IMG/VR virus record: IMGVR_UViG_3300033075_000331
Reading direction: 5' to 3' (one strand)
From: an uncultured virus (IMG/VR IMGVR_UViG_3300033075_000331)
Taxonomy: Duplodnaviria; Heunggongvirae; Uroviricota; Caudoviricetes
DNA length: 64,000 nt
A program made the position numbers and the translations under genes. The notes below the pieces were generated by a model that did not search any database, was not told the DNA's origin, and saw only the letters and a list, made by a program, of their open reading frames with translations. Of this stretch, positions 21,300 to 31,577 are shown in pieces (within the stretch, counting starts at the first letter, position 1; every line of letters begins with the position of its first letter).

Positions 21300-21367
21300 A
21301 GCCCCTCGCTACAGTTAAAGTATATAAGTAGCAAGGGGCTAGTCCAAACCGTACTTTCAGAAAAAGT

Positions 21368-22414
21368 TCACCAATCCAAACGGATTTTTAAGAGGACTTC
21401 CTTGTCAAATGCCTTCTGTACAGCGGAACTCAACTTAGCGACGGCCAACATTTCGTTTTGATCATTGTAAAGTCCAACTGTTGTGACATATACACGAGGG
21501 TCTTTGATGAAATCGGTATTCTCAATTACACCATTCGTCGCATTGAAGAACGATGGGTTGTTGGAATAGTTGAAATCCTTGTTACGTAGGTGGACGAAGT
21601 AATGCGTCGAAGCAACGGTTTCTGCGGAACGAGCTTGGAAATCACGCCCCAACTGGATGGCACGGAATAGCCCAACGTGGTTGTATGATTCCTGCAACGT
21701 TCCAGTGTTCGGAGCAAATGGCGCCGTTCCAGACACGTGACCGATTCCCAATCCCACCGTTTGCGTGATAGCATCCGGGTTCAATACAATGATGCCCAAT
21801 GCTGGATAGACCAACCCGAACCCGCCCTTAGTTGACGACGTTGTTGCCGCCACAGTCGAACCAGAAACGCCCGTCAGCGATCCGGACACGACATTGAATA
21901 CTGCCCCCGCGCGCCCGTAATCAGCCCCGAGCGTCTGTCCACTATCATCAATGAACGTCATACGTCCATTGCTACCGGAAAGTGTCAAGAGCCAGTTACC
22001 CGGATCGAGAGTTTCCTTTAAGCGGTTACGCTGCACATTGATAACGTAGATGTGATCGGAATTCCAGCTTCCTTGGAACGTAAACTGGGAGTCTTCCGGA
22101 TCGAGAAGCATATTGCGATATTGCAAGTATGTTCCCTGTGATGCAATTGGTGACGCATCGTATGTAACAAGATCTTGTGATCCACCACCTGTACGGTGTC
22201 CGTACGCTACCGCAAATTGTACTTCTGCGGTGGAAGATGTTGGATTGATGTTATACACGTTCCAAAAATACTTCGCGCTGATCGAAGCTGTTTGTGAAGC
22301 CAGTGTATAGAACATTGACAAGCTACCAGTATCACCAGACCACAAACCCGTCGTGACTTCTGTCGGATTTGCGTTAACGATATCGTCGGCTGTGAATCTC
22401 TTAAAGGTACTCAT
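21368..22414 (-). CDS. Virion tail/baseplate protein
   Basis: FNYSNNPS, YVTTVGLYNDQNEMLAVAKLS; structural module. Confidence 0.75.
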   Translation of the reverse strand: MSTFKRFTADDIVNANPTEVTTGLWSGDTGSLSMFYTLASQTASISAKYFWNVYNINPTSSTAEVQFAVAYGHRTGGGSQDLVTYDASPIASQGTYLQYRNMLLDPEDSQFTFQGSWNSDHIYVINVQRNRLKETLDPGNWLLTLSGSNGRMTFIDDSGQTLGADYGRAGAVFNVVSGSLTGVSGSTVAATTSSTKGGFGLVYPALGIIVLNPDAITQTVGLGIGHVSGTAPFAPNTGTLQESYNHVGLFRAIQLGRDFQARSAETVASTHYFVHLRNKDFNYSNNPSFFNATNGVIENTDFIKDPRVYVTTVGLYNDQNEMLAVAKLSSAVQKAFDKEVLLKIRLDW

Positions 22415-22427
22415 GAATTATATCCTC

Positions 22428-23063
22428 TTAGACGGTTGGCTTAGGATTGATCGTAACTGGAATCGTAATTACCGCACCCGTCTGATTGCCGATGATGGTC
22501 AACGTGGTAGAAATTGCTGCGGACACATCCTTTGGAGACAACGTAAACTGCGTACCGCGAGCTACGACCGCGTTGGCACTCTGTGCATCCCCAGCAAACC
22601 CAGCCGCCGTTGCTGCATTGTTCGTTGTCAATCCAGAACCGACCAACACCGCTGCGTCAGAATCGTACAAAATGGCCGTATAGCCGAATCCCGGTCCATT
22701 GAAGTTTTGTGACGTGGTTGGGGTGATTGGCATTGCTGCACTGACACCATACGTAAGAACAATGGAGCTAAATCCAATCGAAATGATCGGAATCTCCTTG
22801 GTCCCACGTGGCAGCGTCACCAACTTGAATCTCAAATTTTGAGTTTCGTCAGGAGACGCTTCGATGAGTGGTAGATTTTCAATGGCTGAGCCATAATAGT
22901 CAGTGCCAAGCGGGTGTGACGTATTCCACAAGGTATAATCTACCTCGTCGTCGCCCACGGCAAACTGTGTGATTTGAAATCCCATCCCCTGCGCCAGTTT
23001 TTCTCTACCCTTTTTCGTCAAAATGGCATCGACGGTGATGGTATTACTTGAAAGATATCCCAT
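22428..23063 (-). CDS. Virion structural protein
   Basis: DAILTKKGREKLA...ITQFAVGDDEVDY N-terminus; strong RBS; late motif upstream. Confidence 0.7.
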   Translation of the reverse strand: MGYLSSNTITVDAILTKKGREKLAQGMGFQITQFAVGDDEVDYTLWNTSHPLGTDYYGSAIENLPLIEASPDETQNLRFKLVTLPRGTKEIPIISIGFSSIVLTYGVSAAMPITPTTSQNFNGPGFGYTAILYDSDAAVLVGSGLTTNNAATAAGFAGDAQSANAVVARGTQFTLSPKDVSAAISTTLTIIGNQTGAVITIPVTINPKPTV

Positions 23064-23110
23064 TTATTCGTTCTCCTTAAGTCTCTGTGGTATAAGTATC
23101 ATAAAATCTA

Positions 23111-26100
23111 CTATTCTACCGATAAGATTGGACCACTTTGATCCGTTGACGGTTGAATTGGTTCATTTGGATTGTTAACAACCAATGAATCTCCTGCCGA
23201 CAACGTAACTTCTACCGCAGGTTTTCCATCTATTGTGGTTGAATCGGTCTGCAAACATCCCTTAAATTGGTGATTTACGGTGCCCAATCGGGTATCTCGG
23301 TAATTCTTGAAGTGCGTATCATGATATCCGACAAATGGAGTGTGTCCCATTGTCGAGTATGGCGCAATCGTGATCGAGCCACTTATCGACAGAGCGCGCT
23401 TAATGTTACGAGTTTCGCGAGGAATATAACTCATCGCCTTCCAGTTCGCTGTATCTAAATATGGCGGAATTTTCGAGAAAAATGGAGAATCTGTCGAAAT
23501 ACATACAAATTCTACGTCATCCCCGACCGATGCAGATGGGTACGAACCCGATGTGGCCATTTGCAACACAAAATCGTTTCGCGAATAGGCCCCACCAAAA
23601 GTCCATGTTCCTCTGTCTCGTAAAATTGCAGCATTTGATCGAACATAGGTAATTCCCGGCACCGCAAACGATCCGGTTGGGTCCGTGAAGTAATAACGGG
23701 ATTCAATTTCATCAAAATTACACAATGGTAAAATTGAACGAATATATCCACTGCCAGTTGGTAATACTGACTTGGCGGGTTCCATGTAGCCGTTGACCAC
23801 ATCGATGATGTTCGTAGACTTGTATTGTTGCAACAGGTTATTGTACGACGCCCACTGAGCAGTCGTCAATTGTGCAGTAGACGTTGCATTCAATCGCAAC
23901 AACGCATCGATCTTGTATGATAACTTATTCGACAATTCGTCATATGTCGCGTAATCGCTGGATGGTAGTGCTGAATCGTCTGTGGTGTCAAGCGTAGCTT
24001 CGTACGTTAAGTCTTCCCCATAAATGACTCGTTGATCTTCTAGTGTGACTGCGCCCACCCAGTCATTGTACTCTCCGGTAGACTCGATAGTCGTCTCTGG
24101 TACATCCAATGTTCCTTCGTGCACCAAGTATTCCGCTTCTGGCGCGATTGGAGACACCGTACCAGCATCCGCCACCAAGTTCTGTGTGTCGGACGTATTA
24201 CGCGTCAACGTACCCGCTGTGACGACTGGTGCCACATATTGAATCTTGGCACGCTCTAGAATATGTGGTTCATGGACAATACCCGCCAACAATTTTGCAC
24301 GCGCCGGAATGAGCTTCTTGGCTTGTGCGAACAGGGGTTCTAAAATGTCATGTACGAAATCTACAAACGTGTTTGGATTGTACGAATATGCATAATACGT
24401 CCAGTACAATTCGTTGATTGCAGTTAGCGCCTCATAATCCACCGAATACATGTCGGACGGGTCGCCAATCAAGTTGTGTAGATCAATTGCACCAATGGAA
24501 CGAATGATCGAATCGTTGATCGCGTCCGTAATGCTGAAATACAACCCCACTTGATTGTTTGGCTGTGGCTTGTCCATCTGATCCTGCAAAGACACCATAC
24601 TACGGAAACGAGATAGGGTCGGTACAGAGCCCGTCGTCATACGCAACACCGGAGCATCGGCAATTACCACATTGTTCGATGTATATTGGCTTCCTCCTGC
24701 ATTTGGCGCAAAACGTTGAACTTCACGGGTGATGACTTCAAAGCTATATGGCCACGTCGTCGCATTGGCAAATCCAGACGCAGAGAATTGAAGATATGGG
24801 GTTGCTGATGCACTTGGAGATTCATTGAATAGCACACGATCTGCAAGGCTCGCACTTCCCAAGTTACGAGGCTTGTTAAATGACAAGCGCACCAACAGCG
24901 CGTCTCGCGCCGATGTGGTTGTATTACCGTGATACGTGCCCGGATAGCGCGTGTGATAATCAAATGTGGTGTCGGTGAGCGATTCACTCCACATTCTGAA
25001 TTCGTCAATGTTGCCGATAAATGGCGATCCACCATATGATCCAGACTTACCGATAGTGATATATGACGGCGTTGCCCACACCGCATTCAATTTTACCGAT
25101 GGTTCAACTGCCGAGAACGTGTCAAGCACATCACCATCTTCTGTACGACGAACATGCAATTCAAAGAGTGATGCAGACTTTCTCAACATTGCGGTATAGT
25201 ATTCGCCCCCGAAGATCGGCATATACGAACTAGATAGCACCGTGGTAGAACCACTGATCACATTCATGCGACCATACGATCCAGTCAAATATTCAAGCGT
25301 AACCGCCCACGACGAACCTCCCTGCAACAACACAACCGATGATGTGGTAGTTGTAGCAAATCGGGTTTCAACGGTAATTGGCGGGATGGTAGACCACGGA
25401 ATCGTGATATATGATCCCGATGTAATAGGAAGTGTGTTTGTCTGTTCTTCGTAGATTTCAAATGTGCCAGACAGGTTGGCAACCCCCGGAGTAACCGATT
25501 CTCGAATTTGCAACGTAGTAGGCGCCACACCATATGTGTTGATCAAGGCACGCAAGCTTTCTCGCGTTCCTTTGGTCTTCATCATATACATGTGATTATG
25601 TAAAATTCTCTTCCACGTTTCCGCAGCGACTCGACGGTAGATGGTCGGTGTCGTTGGACCTTCACGACCCACCGTATAGTCTACAAGTTGCTTAATAGCA
25701 TATTGGTTAGGAAGATCAATACCAAACGACTTGGCAATGTTCCATACCAAATCTGGCGACAATCCAACGTCCGGATCATTACCACGATCATAAATGGCTG
25801 GCATGTGATCGATATAAGACTTAACCACATCAAAGTGGTGCCCAATCATGTCCAAGAACGTGAGGAATTCCTGTGAGTCGTTATCTCGGTTTAGATATGC
25901 CGGAACGTTGTTTCTAAAGGAGTTCTGATTGTGATAGTCATATTCATTGGCAATTTCTGTGATGCTATCATACCAAACAGATGCGCTGGCGACGGGTACG
26001 ACAATTGACGCCGACTTTGGATAGTTCATCGACGACATGTAATACAATTCGTCTTGGTAATCGTCGGTGGTTAATGATGAAGAATACGCACTTCCCGACC

Positions 26101-27283
26101 CATAGTATAAGAACCGCTCAAATCCATCGAACGAACGCATTAACTCATAACGCTCGTTTGCCAAATTCTGCAATGCACCATATACCGCCGAACCAGTAAT
26201 GAATGCGCTTCCCGTTCCTGCTAACGAAGCAGACGAAATTCCTAGTTCAGAGTTGTAGATTTCCAGTTGTTCCAATTTCCGTACAAAGGCATCGACGCGA
26301 CCCTTAGCCGAAGAATAGAATACAAAGTTTCGGAAATCGGAATAGTCGATGTTCAATTCTGTTGAATTAAAATCGTCTGTGTACCACCCTTCAATGATGG
26401 AATCCCGAGGACCAACCACATTCAATGAGGACGAGGTAAGCAGTGATCCAAGCGTAGCATTTTCGACGGCGCGGCCACTTTGTCCCGTAATTGCTACATT
26501 GCGGTTTGCTGGTCGCAAGTATACCAACTGTGGGGCGTTTGGACGATACTCAACATACAACGAATCAATAGCCGTAGGAGACACTTCACGGCTGATCCAC
26601 AGGGTTTTCTTACGTTGCACGTCGGTAGGCAACGGACGATACATCTTAACCAGAATTGTAGCACCCGTTGGATCAACAGGATCATATATCCAATTGGTAA
26701 TGAGAGACTGATAATCCGATCCGAAATTCAATAATGTGTGGAGAGCACGATCTTCGTCATAGAACGAGCGTACTTTATCCGTCAATAGTCGGCGCGTAAC
26801 ATTGGTGACGGCGCCCAATAACGGAATTGGAATTGGTCGAACATCCGCAAATGTCGGAACGATAAATCGATGTGGAGGTAGCGTGACATTAGCAGGGAAC
26901 ACATTGACGCGCACCTTGAGCATGGTCAACGTGCTCGCTGGTAAGGAATGTACTTGTACCCGCACCGTCAAATTGATGGTGGCCGAAATAACTTGTTGTT
27001 GGGACGGTGGAGGAGTCGGTGTGCTTGTAACAGGAACCGCGACGTTAATGCCTTGGCCCGATGTGTAATTTATGGTCCACCCAATCAAAGAAAAGTCAGA
27101 TGGGCGCAATACTCCATACGCACGCACTTCTTGCCCACTAGGATCGCGGTACAACACTTCGGGGACAGTACCATCAGTATATCCCAATGGAGTGATCGTC
27201 GTAACATATGTTAAGACGGTCCCATCGGATAGCGTGATTGGCTTTCCTATTGTGACTTGCGACGTGGTAAGGTTGATAATCAT
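23111..27283 (-). CDS. Large baseplate/tail protein with a LamG-like region
   Basis: FLDMIGHHFD...KTKGTRESL (tail P2-I/gp7-like) and FIGNIDEFRMWS (LamG-like). Confidence 0.7.
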   Translation of the reverse strand: MIINLTTSQVTIGKPITLSDGTVLTYVTTITPLGYTDGTVPEVLYRDPSGQEVRAYGVLRPSDFSLIGWTINYTSGQGINVAVPVTSTPTPPPSQQQVISATINLTVRVQVHSLPASTLTMLKVRVNVFPANVTLPPHRFIVPTFADVRPIPIPLLGAVTNVTRRLLTDKVRSFYDEDRALHTLLNFGSDYQSLITNWIYDPVDPTGATILVKMYRPLPTDVQRKKTLWISREVSPTAIDSLYVEYRPNAPQLVYLRPANRNVAITGQSGRAVENATLGSLLTSSSLNVVGPRDSIIEGWYTDDFNSTELNIDYSDFRNFVFYSSAKGRVDAFVRKLEQLEIYNSELGISSASLAGTGSAFITGSAVYGALQNLANERYELMRSFDGFERFLYYGSGSAYSSSLTTDDYQDELYYMSSMNYPKSASIVVPVASASVWYDSITEIANEYDYHNQNSFRNNVPAYLNRDNDSQEFLTFLDMIGHHFDVVKSYIDHMPAIYDRGNDPDVGLSPDLVWNIAKSFGIDLPNQYAIKQLVDYTVGREGPTTPTIYRRVAAETWKRILHNHMYMMKTKGTRESLRALINTYGVAPTTLQIRESVTPGVANLSGTFEIYEEQTNTLPITSGSYITIPWSTIPPITVETRFATTTTSSVVLLQGGSSWAVTLEYLTGSYGRMNVISGSTTVLSSSYMPIFGGEYYTAMLRKSASLFELHVRRTEDGDVLDTFSAVEPSVKLNAVWATPSYITIGKSGSYGGSPFIGNIDEFRMWSESLTDTTFDYHTRYPGTYHGNTTTSARDALLVRLSFNKPRNLGSASLADRVLFNESPSASATPYLQFSASGFANATTWPYSFEVITREVQRFAPNAGGSQYTSNNVVIADAPVLRMTTGSVPTLSRFRSMVSLQDQMDKPQPNNQVGLYFSITDAINDSIIRSIGAIDLHNLIGDPSDMYSVDYEALTAINELYWTYYAYSYNPNTFVDFVHDILEPLFAQAKKLIPARAKLLAGIVHEPHILERAKIQYVAPVVTAGTLTRNTSDTQNLVADAGTVSPIAPEAEYLVHEGTLDVPETTIESTGEYNDWVGAVTLEDQRVIYGEDLTYEATLDTTDDSALPSSDYATYDELSNKLSYKIDALLRLNATSTAQLTTAQWASYNNLLQQYKSTNIIDVVNGYMEPAKSVLPTGSGYIRSILPLCNFDEIESRYYFTDPTGSFAVPGITYVRSNAAILRDRGTWTFGGAYSRNDFVLQMATSGSYPSASVGDDVEFVCISTDSPFFSKIPPYLDTANWKAMSYIPRETRNIKRALSISGSITIAPYSTMGHTPFVGYHDTHFKNYRDTRLGTVNHQFKGCLQTDSTTIDGKPAVEVTLSAGDSLVVNNPNEPIQPSTDQSGPILSVE

Positions 27284-27714
27284 TATGTACTCGTATTTGG
27301 CATTACATCGACACTATTCATAAATACTGGTGAGCCATCATTTGTCGGTGTCGCAAGAATCTCTAATGTCTCATTGTAAATTTTGCACGCACCCATGCTC
27401 ATTTGCTGTACAACTTCTTCCGATAATTTTACAGTGATCACACGAGAAGTCTGCGGTGCCAATGTAAAAGTGAGAGGCGCATCTAATGTAACAAACGTTG
27501 GTTTGGTGATGGAAATGACCAATTGCGCATTCAGTGCCAAGTTTGTAATTGTAAACGTCCGAGGTTCTAACGTAGAAGCAATTCCCACATCATATACATA
27601 CGTCAATGATTCAGGAAGGGGAGGTACAATACGCACCATGGCGTACGCGTTGGTGACACGTACAGCATTTGGTGGAGCCTGATATGGTGCTTCTAACGTG
27701 ACGGTGGGTTGCAT
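27283..27714 (-). CDS. Hypothetical Ig-like virion protein
   Basis: Beta-rich ORF, translationally coupled. Confidence 0.55.
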   Translation of the reverse strand: MQPTVTLEAPYQAPPNAVRVTNAYAMVRIVPPLPESLTYVYDVGIASTLEPRTFTITNLALNAQLVISITKPTFVTLDAPLTFTLAPQTSRVITVKLSEEVVQQMSMGACKIYNETLEILATPTNDGSPVFMNSVDVMPNTST

Positions 27715-27716
27715 GT

Positions 27717-28859
27717 TTACAATAGAGTTTCAGTATTCTGAGGTGTACTCGATCCACCACCCGCACCACTTCCACCCACACCCGTATTACTTCCACCGCC
27801 AGTAGGGGTGGGAGTTGGGGTAGGAGTAGGCGTTGGTGTCCCGCTTCCCGTAGGCGTTGGCGTGTAATACGTTACTGGCGGGTTCAACGATCCAGTTGCT
27901 GCGGTTGTTGGGGTTGGGGCTGGTGGTGTTGTTATGACTGGTGGAATCTGAACCGGAGGATAATACCAACCATCGGCACGAAGTATCCACGTTGGGGGCG
28001 GATATCCGATTTCTTGTTGATGCGTTACTCCATTGTTCCACACAGGCGTTGGCGGTGGTAATACCGGGTTCGGTGGTGGTGTATTGCTGACAACAGGTGT
28101 TGGTGGTACCGGGGTTGACGATTGATTCGATGACAGTACAATAGGCAATGCATACGAATTTAGACCATCTTGCAACAATTCCAATTTAGTCGAGTCGAAT
28201 GTAAGAGTGACCATCTTGGAGCTATTTCGGTTAACCACAAATTGCGATGGTGTGCAAATGATAGCGGGCAATGAGTTGATTTGCACCGTTACATCAATTC
28301 CGGCATCAACGTTAGTAAATCTCACAATCTCCGATGGCAATACTTGAAGCGATCCCCGTTGATATTGCTTATCTATGATATAGCGATCTACCTTGATGAT
28401 GTTCTGTAGATTGACTTGATTTGGCCCCGGTGGCGCAGGAGGTAATGACGATGTAGGAGTTGGCGTCGGGACATTAGAAACAGTTGAGTTGACGGCAATG
28501 TTGCCATATGCCACATAATCAGCGTAAGCGGGTACCAGAGCTACGCGAGCGATCTTCTTTCCTACTGGCCCGGCTATTGTTATCGTTTCTGCGGTAGATA
28601 CTCCTGACAAACCATCCGGTACCGCTTCTTTACGAACAATTTCTTCGCCCAAGGAATCATAACCGATCACAAGGTTTCCATAATAATCCGCATCATATAC
28701 GGTAATGGAAAAATCTGCAACCGGAGGATTCAGAATTACAGTAATCTGACGTGATGGTGCGGTGTTCGGTTCACTGGAAAATGTTCCCGGTGGACCATTT
28801 ACCGCATTGGCATATGGAATGATATCGACGTTAACGTTGTTAATCAAAAATGTAGTCAT
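27717..28859 (-). CDS. Pro/Thr-rich virion protein
   Basis: PT repeats linking beta-rich domains. Confidence 0.6.
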   Translation of the reverse strand: MTTFLINNVNVDIIPYANAVNGPPGTFSSEPNTAPSRQITVILNPPVADFSITVYDADYYGNLVIGYDSLGEEIVRKEAVPDGLSGVSTAETITIAGPVGKKIARVALVPAYADYVAYGNIAVNSTVSNVPTPTPTSSLPPAPPGPNQVNLQNIIKVDRYIIDKQYQRGSLQVLPSEIVRFTNVDAGIDVTVQINSLPAIICTPSQFVVNRNSSKMVTLTFDSTKLELLQDGLNSYALPIVLSSNQSSTPVPPTPVVSNTPPPNPVLPPPTPVWNNGVTHQQEIGYPPPTWILRADGWYYPPVQIPPVITTPPAPTPTTAATGSLNPPVTYYTPTPTGSGTPTPTPTPTPTPTGGGSNTGVGGSGAGGGSSTPQNTETLL

Positions 28860-28874
28860 TCAATGTCACCAGAC

Positions 28875-29696
28875 TTATACGAAAGTAAAGCGAGGATCAA
28901 TCTCGCCACGGGCAGATGCTTCGGTAATAACAGTTTGTAATGCGGTATAGATGTATGAATCTAAATCATTTTGTTGAATATATCGATTTGATCGATCACT
29001 ATCCATCAATTCTAATACGACTGTTCGCGTTCTACGTAAAATGTTATCAAGTGTAGACTTATAAATATCGTACGTACCGGAATATTCCAATCGTGATACC
29101 GTTCTTTCCCGTAGTTTGTTCAATTCGGTCGCCACCACATCGTAGGCGAGGCTGTCGGTGTTTGTGAAATCCGATGAGGCACGTAATAGCTGATCCAGCA
29201 ATCCCTGTGCAAACAGTTTAGGAACCGAAGGCGCTGTGAATTCATACAAATCACGAAGAATTTCATCATTGACAAATACGGGCTTGAGACGCAATTCTGT
29301 CCGATCATCAGAAATATCGGAGATATACAGTTTGTGTCCAGTTTCCGACCCCACTTCGTCTCGGAAAAAGTTGGCGACCATGGTGTAACGTCCCGGCTCC
29401 AATCCAATTTTTGTACAAATTGCCGTCATTTCTAATCCGACAATTTCATTCGTGCCACTATTATCGACGACTGTAATGTGTCCCAATGCTGGATCATTGA
29501 CGCCAAGACGCAAATGTCCAGCGAACGAACCATCGGGGTTATACAGCCAGATTTCGATGTTTTCTCTTGCATCTGCACCAAAAATCACTTGTTTGTTTTT
29601 AGGAACAGACAAGCTCAAGTCTTCGACCGCAATTCGCTGAGGGCGAGCCGGAACAGATGTTGGAAGTGGATCAGGAAAATTCAGTTGATTGGCCAT
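28875..29696 (-). CDS. Hypothetical baseplate-region protein
   Basis: 273 aa, ISDDRTELRL motif, coupled to neighbours. Confidence 0.65.
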   Translation of the reverse strand: MANQLNFPDPLPTSVPARPQRIAVEDLSLSVPKNKQVIFGADARENIEIWLYNPDGSFAGHLRLGVNDPALGHITVVDNSGTNEIVGLEMTAICTKIGLEPGRYTMVANFFRDEVGSETGHKLYISDISDDRTELRLKPVFVNDEILRDLYEFTAPSVPKLFAQGLLDQLLRASSDFTNTDSLAYDVVATELNKLRERTVSRLEYSGTYDIYKSTLDNILRRTRTVVLELMDSDRSNRYIQQNDLDSYIYTALQTVITEASARGEIDPRFTFV

Positions 29697-30004
29697 TACC
29701 GAGACGCAAGTAATTGTGTGAATTGTGTATCGACAACCTTGTAAAAATCATCACGCGTCAATGCCGTGCTGATCATAGGAACAATATAATGCTGCGGTTT
29801 GCTACTATTCAAATTGATCTGTAAATACCCAACGGTATCGCGCTCAGCCACCGATTGACTTGGCATGAGACGCAATGCGGACTCTGGTGAAAACCGAACA
29901 TCCGGTGTGAACGCAATTGGATCGTTGAGATATGCATCTGTTACAACAACAGCGCGCGGATTTCCGTCACTCATTATAATGTCACCTTGAAGACTGGCTT
30001 GCAT
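29696..30004 (-). CDS. Hypothetical protein
   Basis: Coupled ORF; likely start MSDGNP at about 29974. Confidence 0.55.
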   Translation of the reverse strand: MQASLQGDIIMSDGNPRAVVVTDAYLNDPIAFTPDVRFSPESALRLMPSQSVAERDTVGYLQINLNSSKPQHYIVPMISTALTRDDFYKVVDTQFTQLLASR

Positions 30005-30975
30005 TCGTAAAACTCTACATCCTCGCTACCACGATCTATTTTCACCAATACCTGATAGTATCGCAATGGATGCATCTGTTGCACCTTGAAACGGAAGAAG
30101 CTTCCACTTGGAGAACAACTGATCTTCGATTCATCGCTAAACGGTATGATGGTCACATTCGACTGTACATCCCGAATGCTGTAGTACGATGAGGTTGGTA
30201 AGTAAGACTCACCATCAAACAATGTAAACTGTGTAGCGTATGTCTTCTGTGGGTATTTTTCGCGCACCGCTAGATCAACACGAGCCATTTCGTTGACTCG
30301 AAACGTTGACTTCAAAATCGGAACAATGGAGAGTTCAGACGTTGCTGCCGCCGATAACGATCCAGTGCTGTATGTCGAATCGTCCCACTTTGCAATGAGG
30401 CGAGGTTGATAAATCGTGTGTGTATCCTTACTGAAAAACTTGATGTTTCCCTTGTTATCAATGGTATCCTCGTCAGCAGATGGGAATTTCAAGATAACCC
30501 CAGTAGTCGGGACACTCGATGAAATCCACGCAGCGACCATCGTCGTCACATCAAACGTGATCGAGCCAGCGTCACTCGCCAACGATGCCGATGCTTCTGC
30601 CGGGAGATATGATGATCCTGTTTCTGCCCATGCCGATCCACTTGAAGCATATCGCCACGTCACACCATCATTTGCTTGAATTTCGGTTTGGTAATAGTAT
30701 CCCGTTCCCTCAATCCAGCTTTGACTAACGTGCGACACTTCGATTTGCTGTGCATATCGCAAATCCTGTGCTTTGGCAACCCACAATGTCAAATCATATT
30801 GTGCGTTGATGGGAACCCCCGACAATTGTGATACGTCAAATTCCAATAGAGAACGCGCAACCGTAGACCCGGAATTGGTCTTACCAACTTCCAGAATTTC
30901 GTCGAGTCCAGTATTTCTATTTGCTGCATTACTGTAGATAGCAGCATCTTTGGTTGGTAGATAGAAGTATCGCAT
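29974..30975 (-). CDS. DNRLRE-like domain virion protein
   Basis: KDAAIYS...NTG..EILEV...RSLLEFD...WIEG...TW...FDVT pattern. Confidence 0.7.
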   Translation of the reverse strand: MRYFYLPTKDAAIYSNAANRNTGLDEILEVGKTNSGSTVARSLLEFDVSQLSGVPINAQYDLTLWVAKAQDLRYAQQIEVSHVSQSWIEGTGYYYQTEIQANDGVTWRYASSGSAWAETGSSYLPAEASASLASDAGSITFDVTTMVAAWISSSVPTTGVILKFPSADEDTIDNKGNIKFFSKDTHTIYQPRLIAKWDDSTYSTGSLSAAATSELSIVPILKSTFRVNEMARVDLAVREKYPQKTYATQFTLFDGESYLPTSSYYSIRDVQSNVTIIPFSDESKISCSPSGSFFRFKVQQMHPLRYYQVLVKIDRGSEDVEFYECKPVFKVTL

Positions 30976-31577
30976 TATTGTGTACTCTTTTTACATTTGT
31001 ATCCTGTTTTTCCTTTATTCCATGGCACATAGTTAACTTTTGCCAATCTCATTTTTTCTCGACTATCTTTAGAGAACACTCGACCCTTTAATTTCTTGCT
31101 CAACTTTTGTCGCGTCGATTCGGAAACTACCACATCATAAGTTGACATAGCTTCTTTAGTTCGCTGTGAGATTGTTTGTTTTTCTTCTTCTGTGCGTGGA
31201 ATACCTTTATTCCAAGCTTTACGACCTTTCATGGACTCACTTATTTTCTTCTTTTGCTCGCTTGTCATTTTTCTTCCGCGCCAAGGTGCCTTTGCATTCG
31301 GAGAAACATTATAACACTCGGGAGTACCAAAATATAAATCTAGTAACAACTGTTCGTATAACTCTAAATCTTTTTGTTCACAAATTAACAAACAATCACA
31401 TGTAAAATTTTTCTCGCCATATTTTCGTATTGCAGAATATAAATGTGGACATTTTATACTACCCTTTCTAGAATTTCGTTTGTGGTGATACCACCGGGTA
31501 TGGATATCAATAGACGATCCAATATAAAAATGTCCATTGGTAATATTGGTTATCTTATATATCCCAGTAATTTTCAT
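30975..31577 (-). CDS. GIY-YIG homing endonuclease with NUMOD3 repeats
   Basis: GIYKITN...FYIGSS, AWNKG/PWNKG repeats. Confidence 0.93.
   Translation of the reverse strand: MKITGIYKITNITNGHFYIGSSIDIHTRWYHHKRNSRKGSIKCPHLYSAIRKYGEKNFTCDCLLICEQKDLELYEQLLLDLYFGTPECYNVSPNAKAPWRGRKMTSEQKKKISESMKGRKAWNKGIPRTEEEKQTISQRTKEAMSTYDVVVSESTRQKLSKKLKGRVFSKDSREKMRLAKVNYVPWNKGKTGYKCKKSTQ

Noticed and set aside
27790..27930. Tandem repeats here and at 57715-57815 and 9200-9420
   Set aside because: They encode Pro-Thr linkers and poly-Gly inside ORFs, with synonymous variation.
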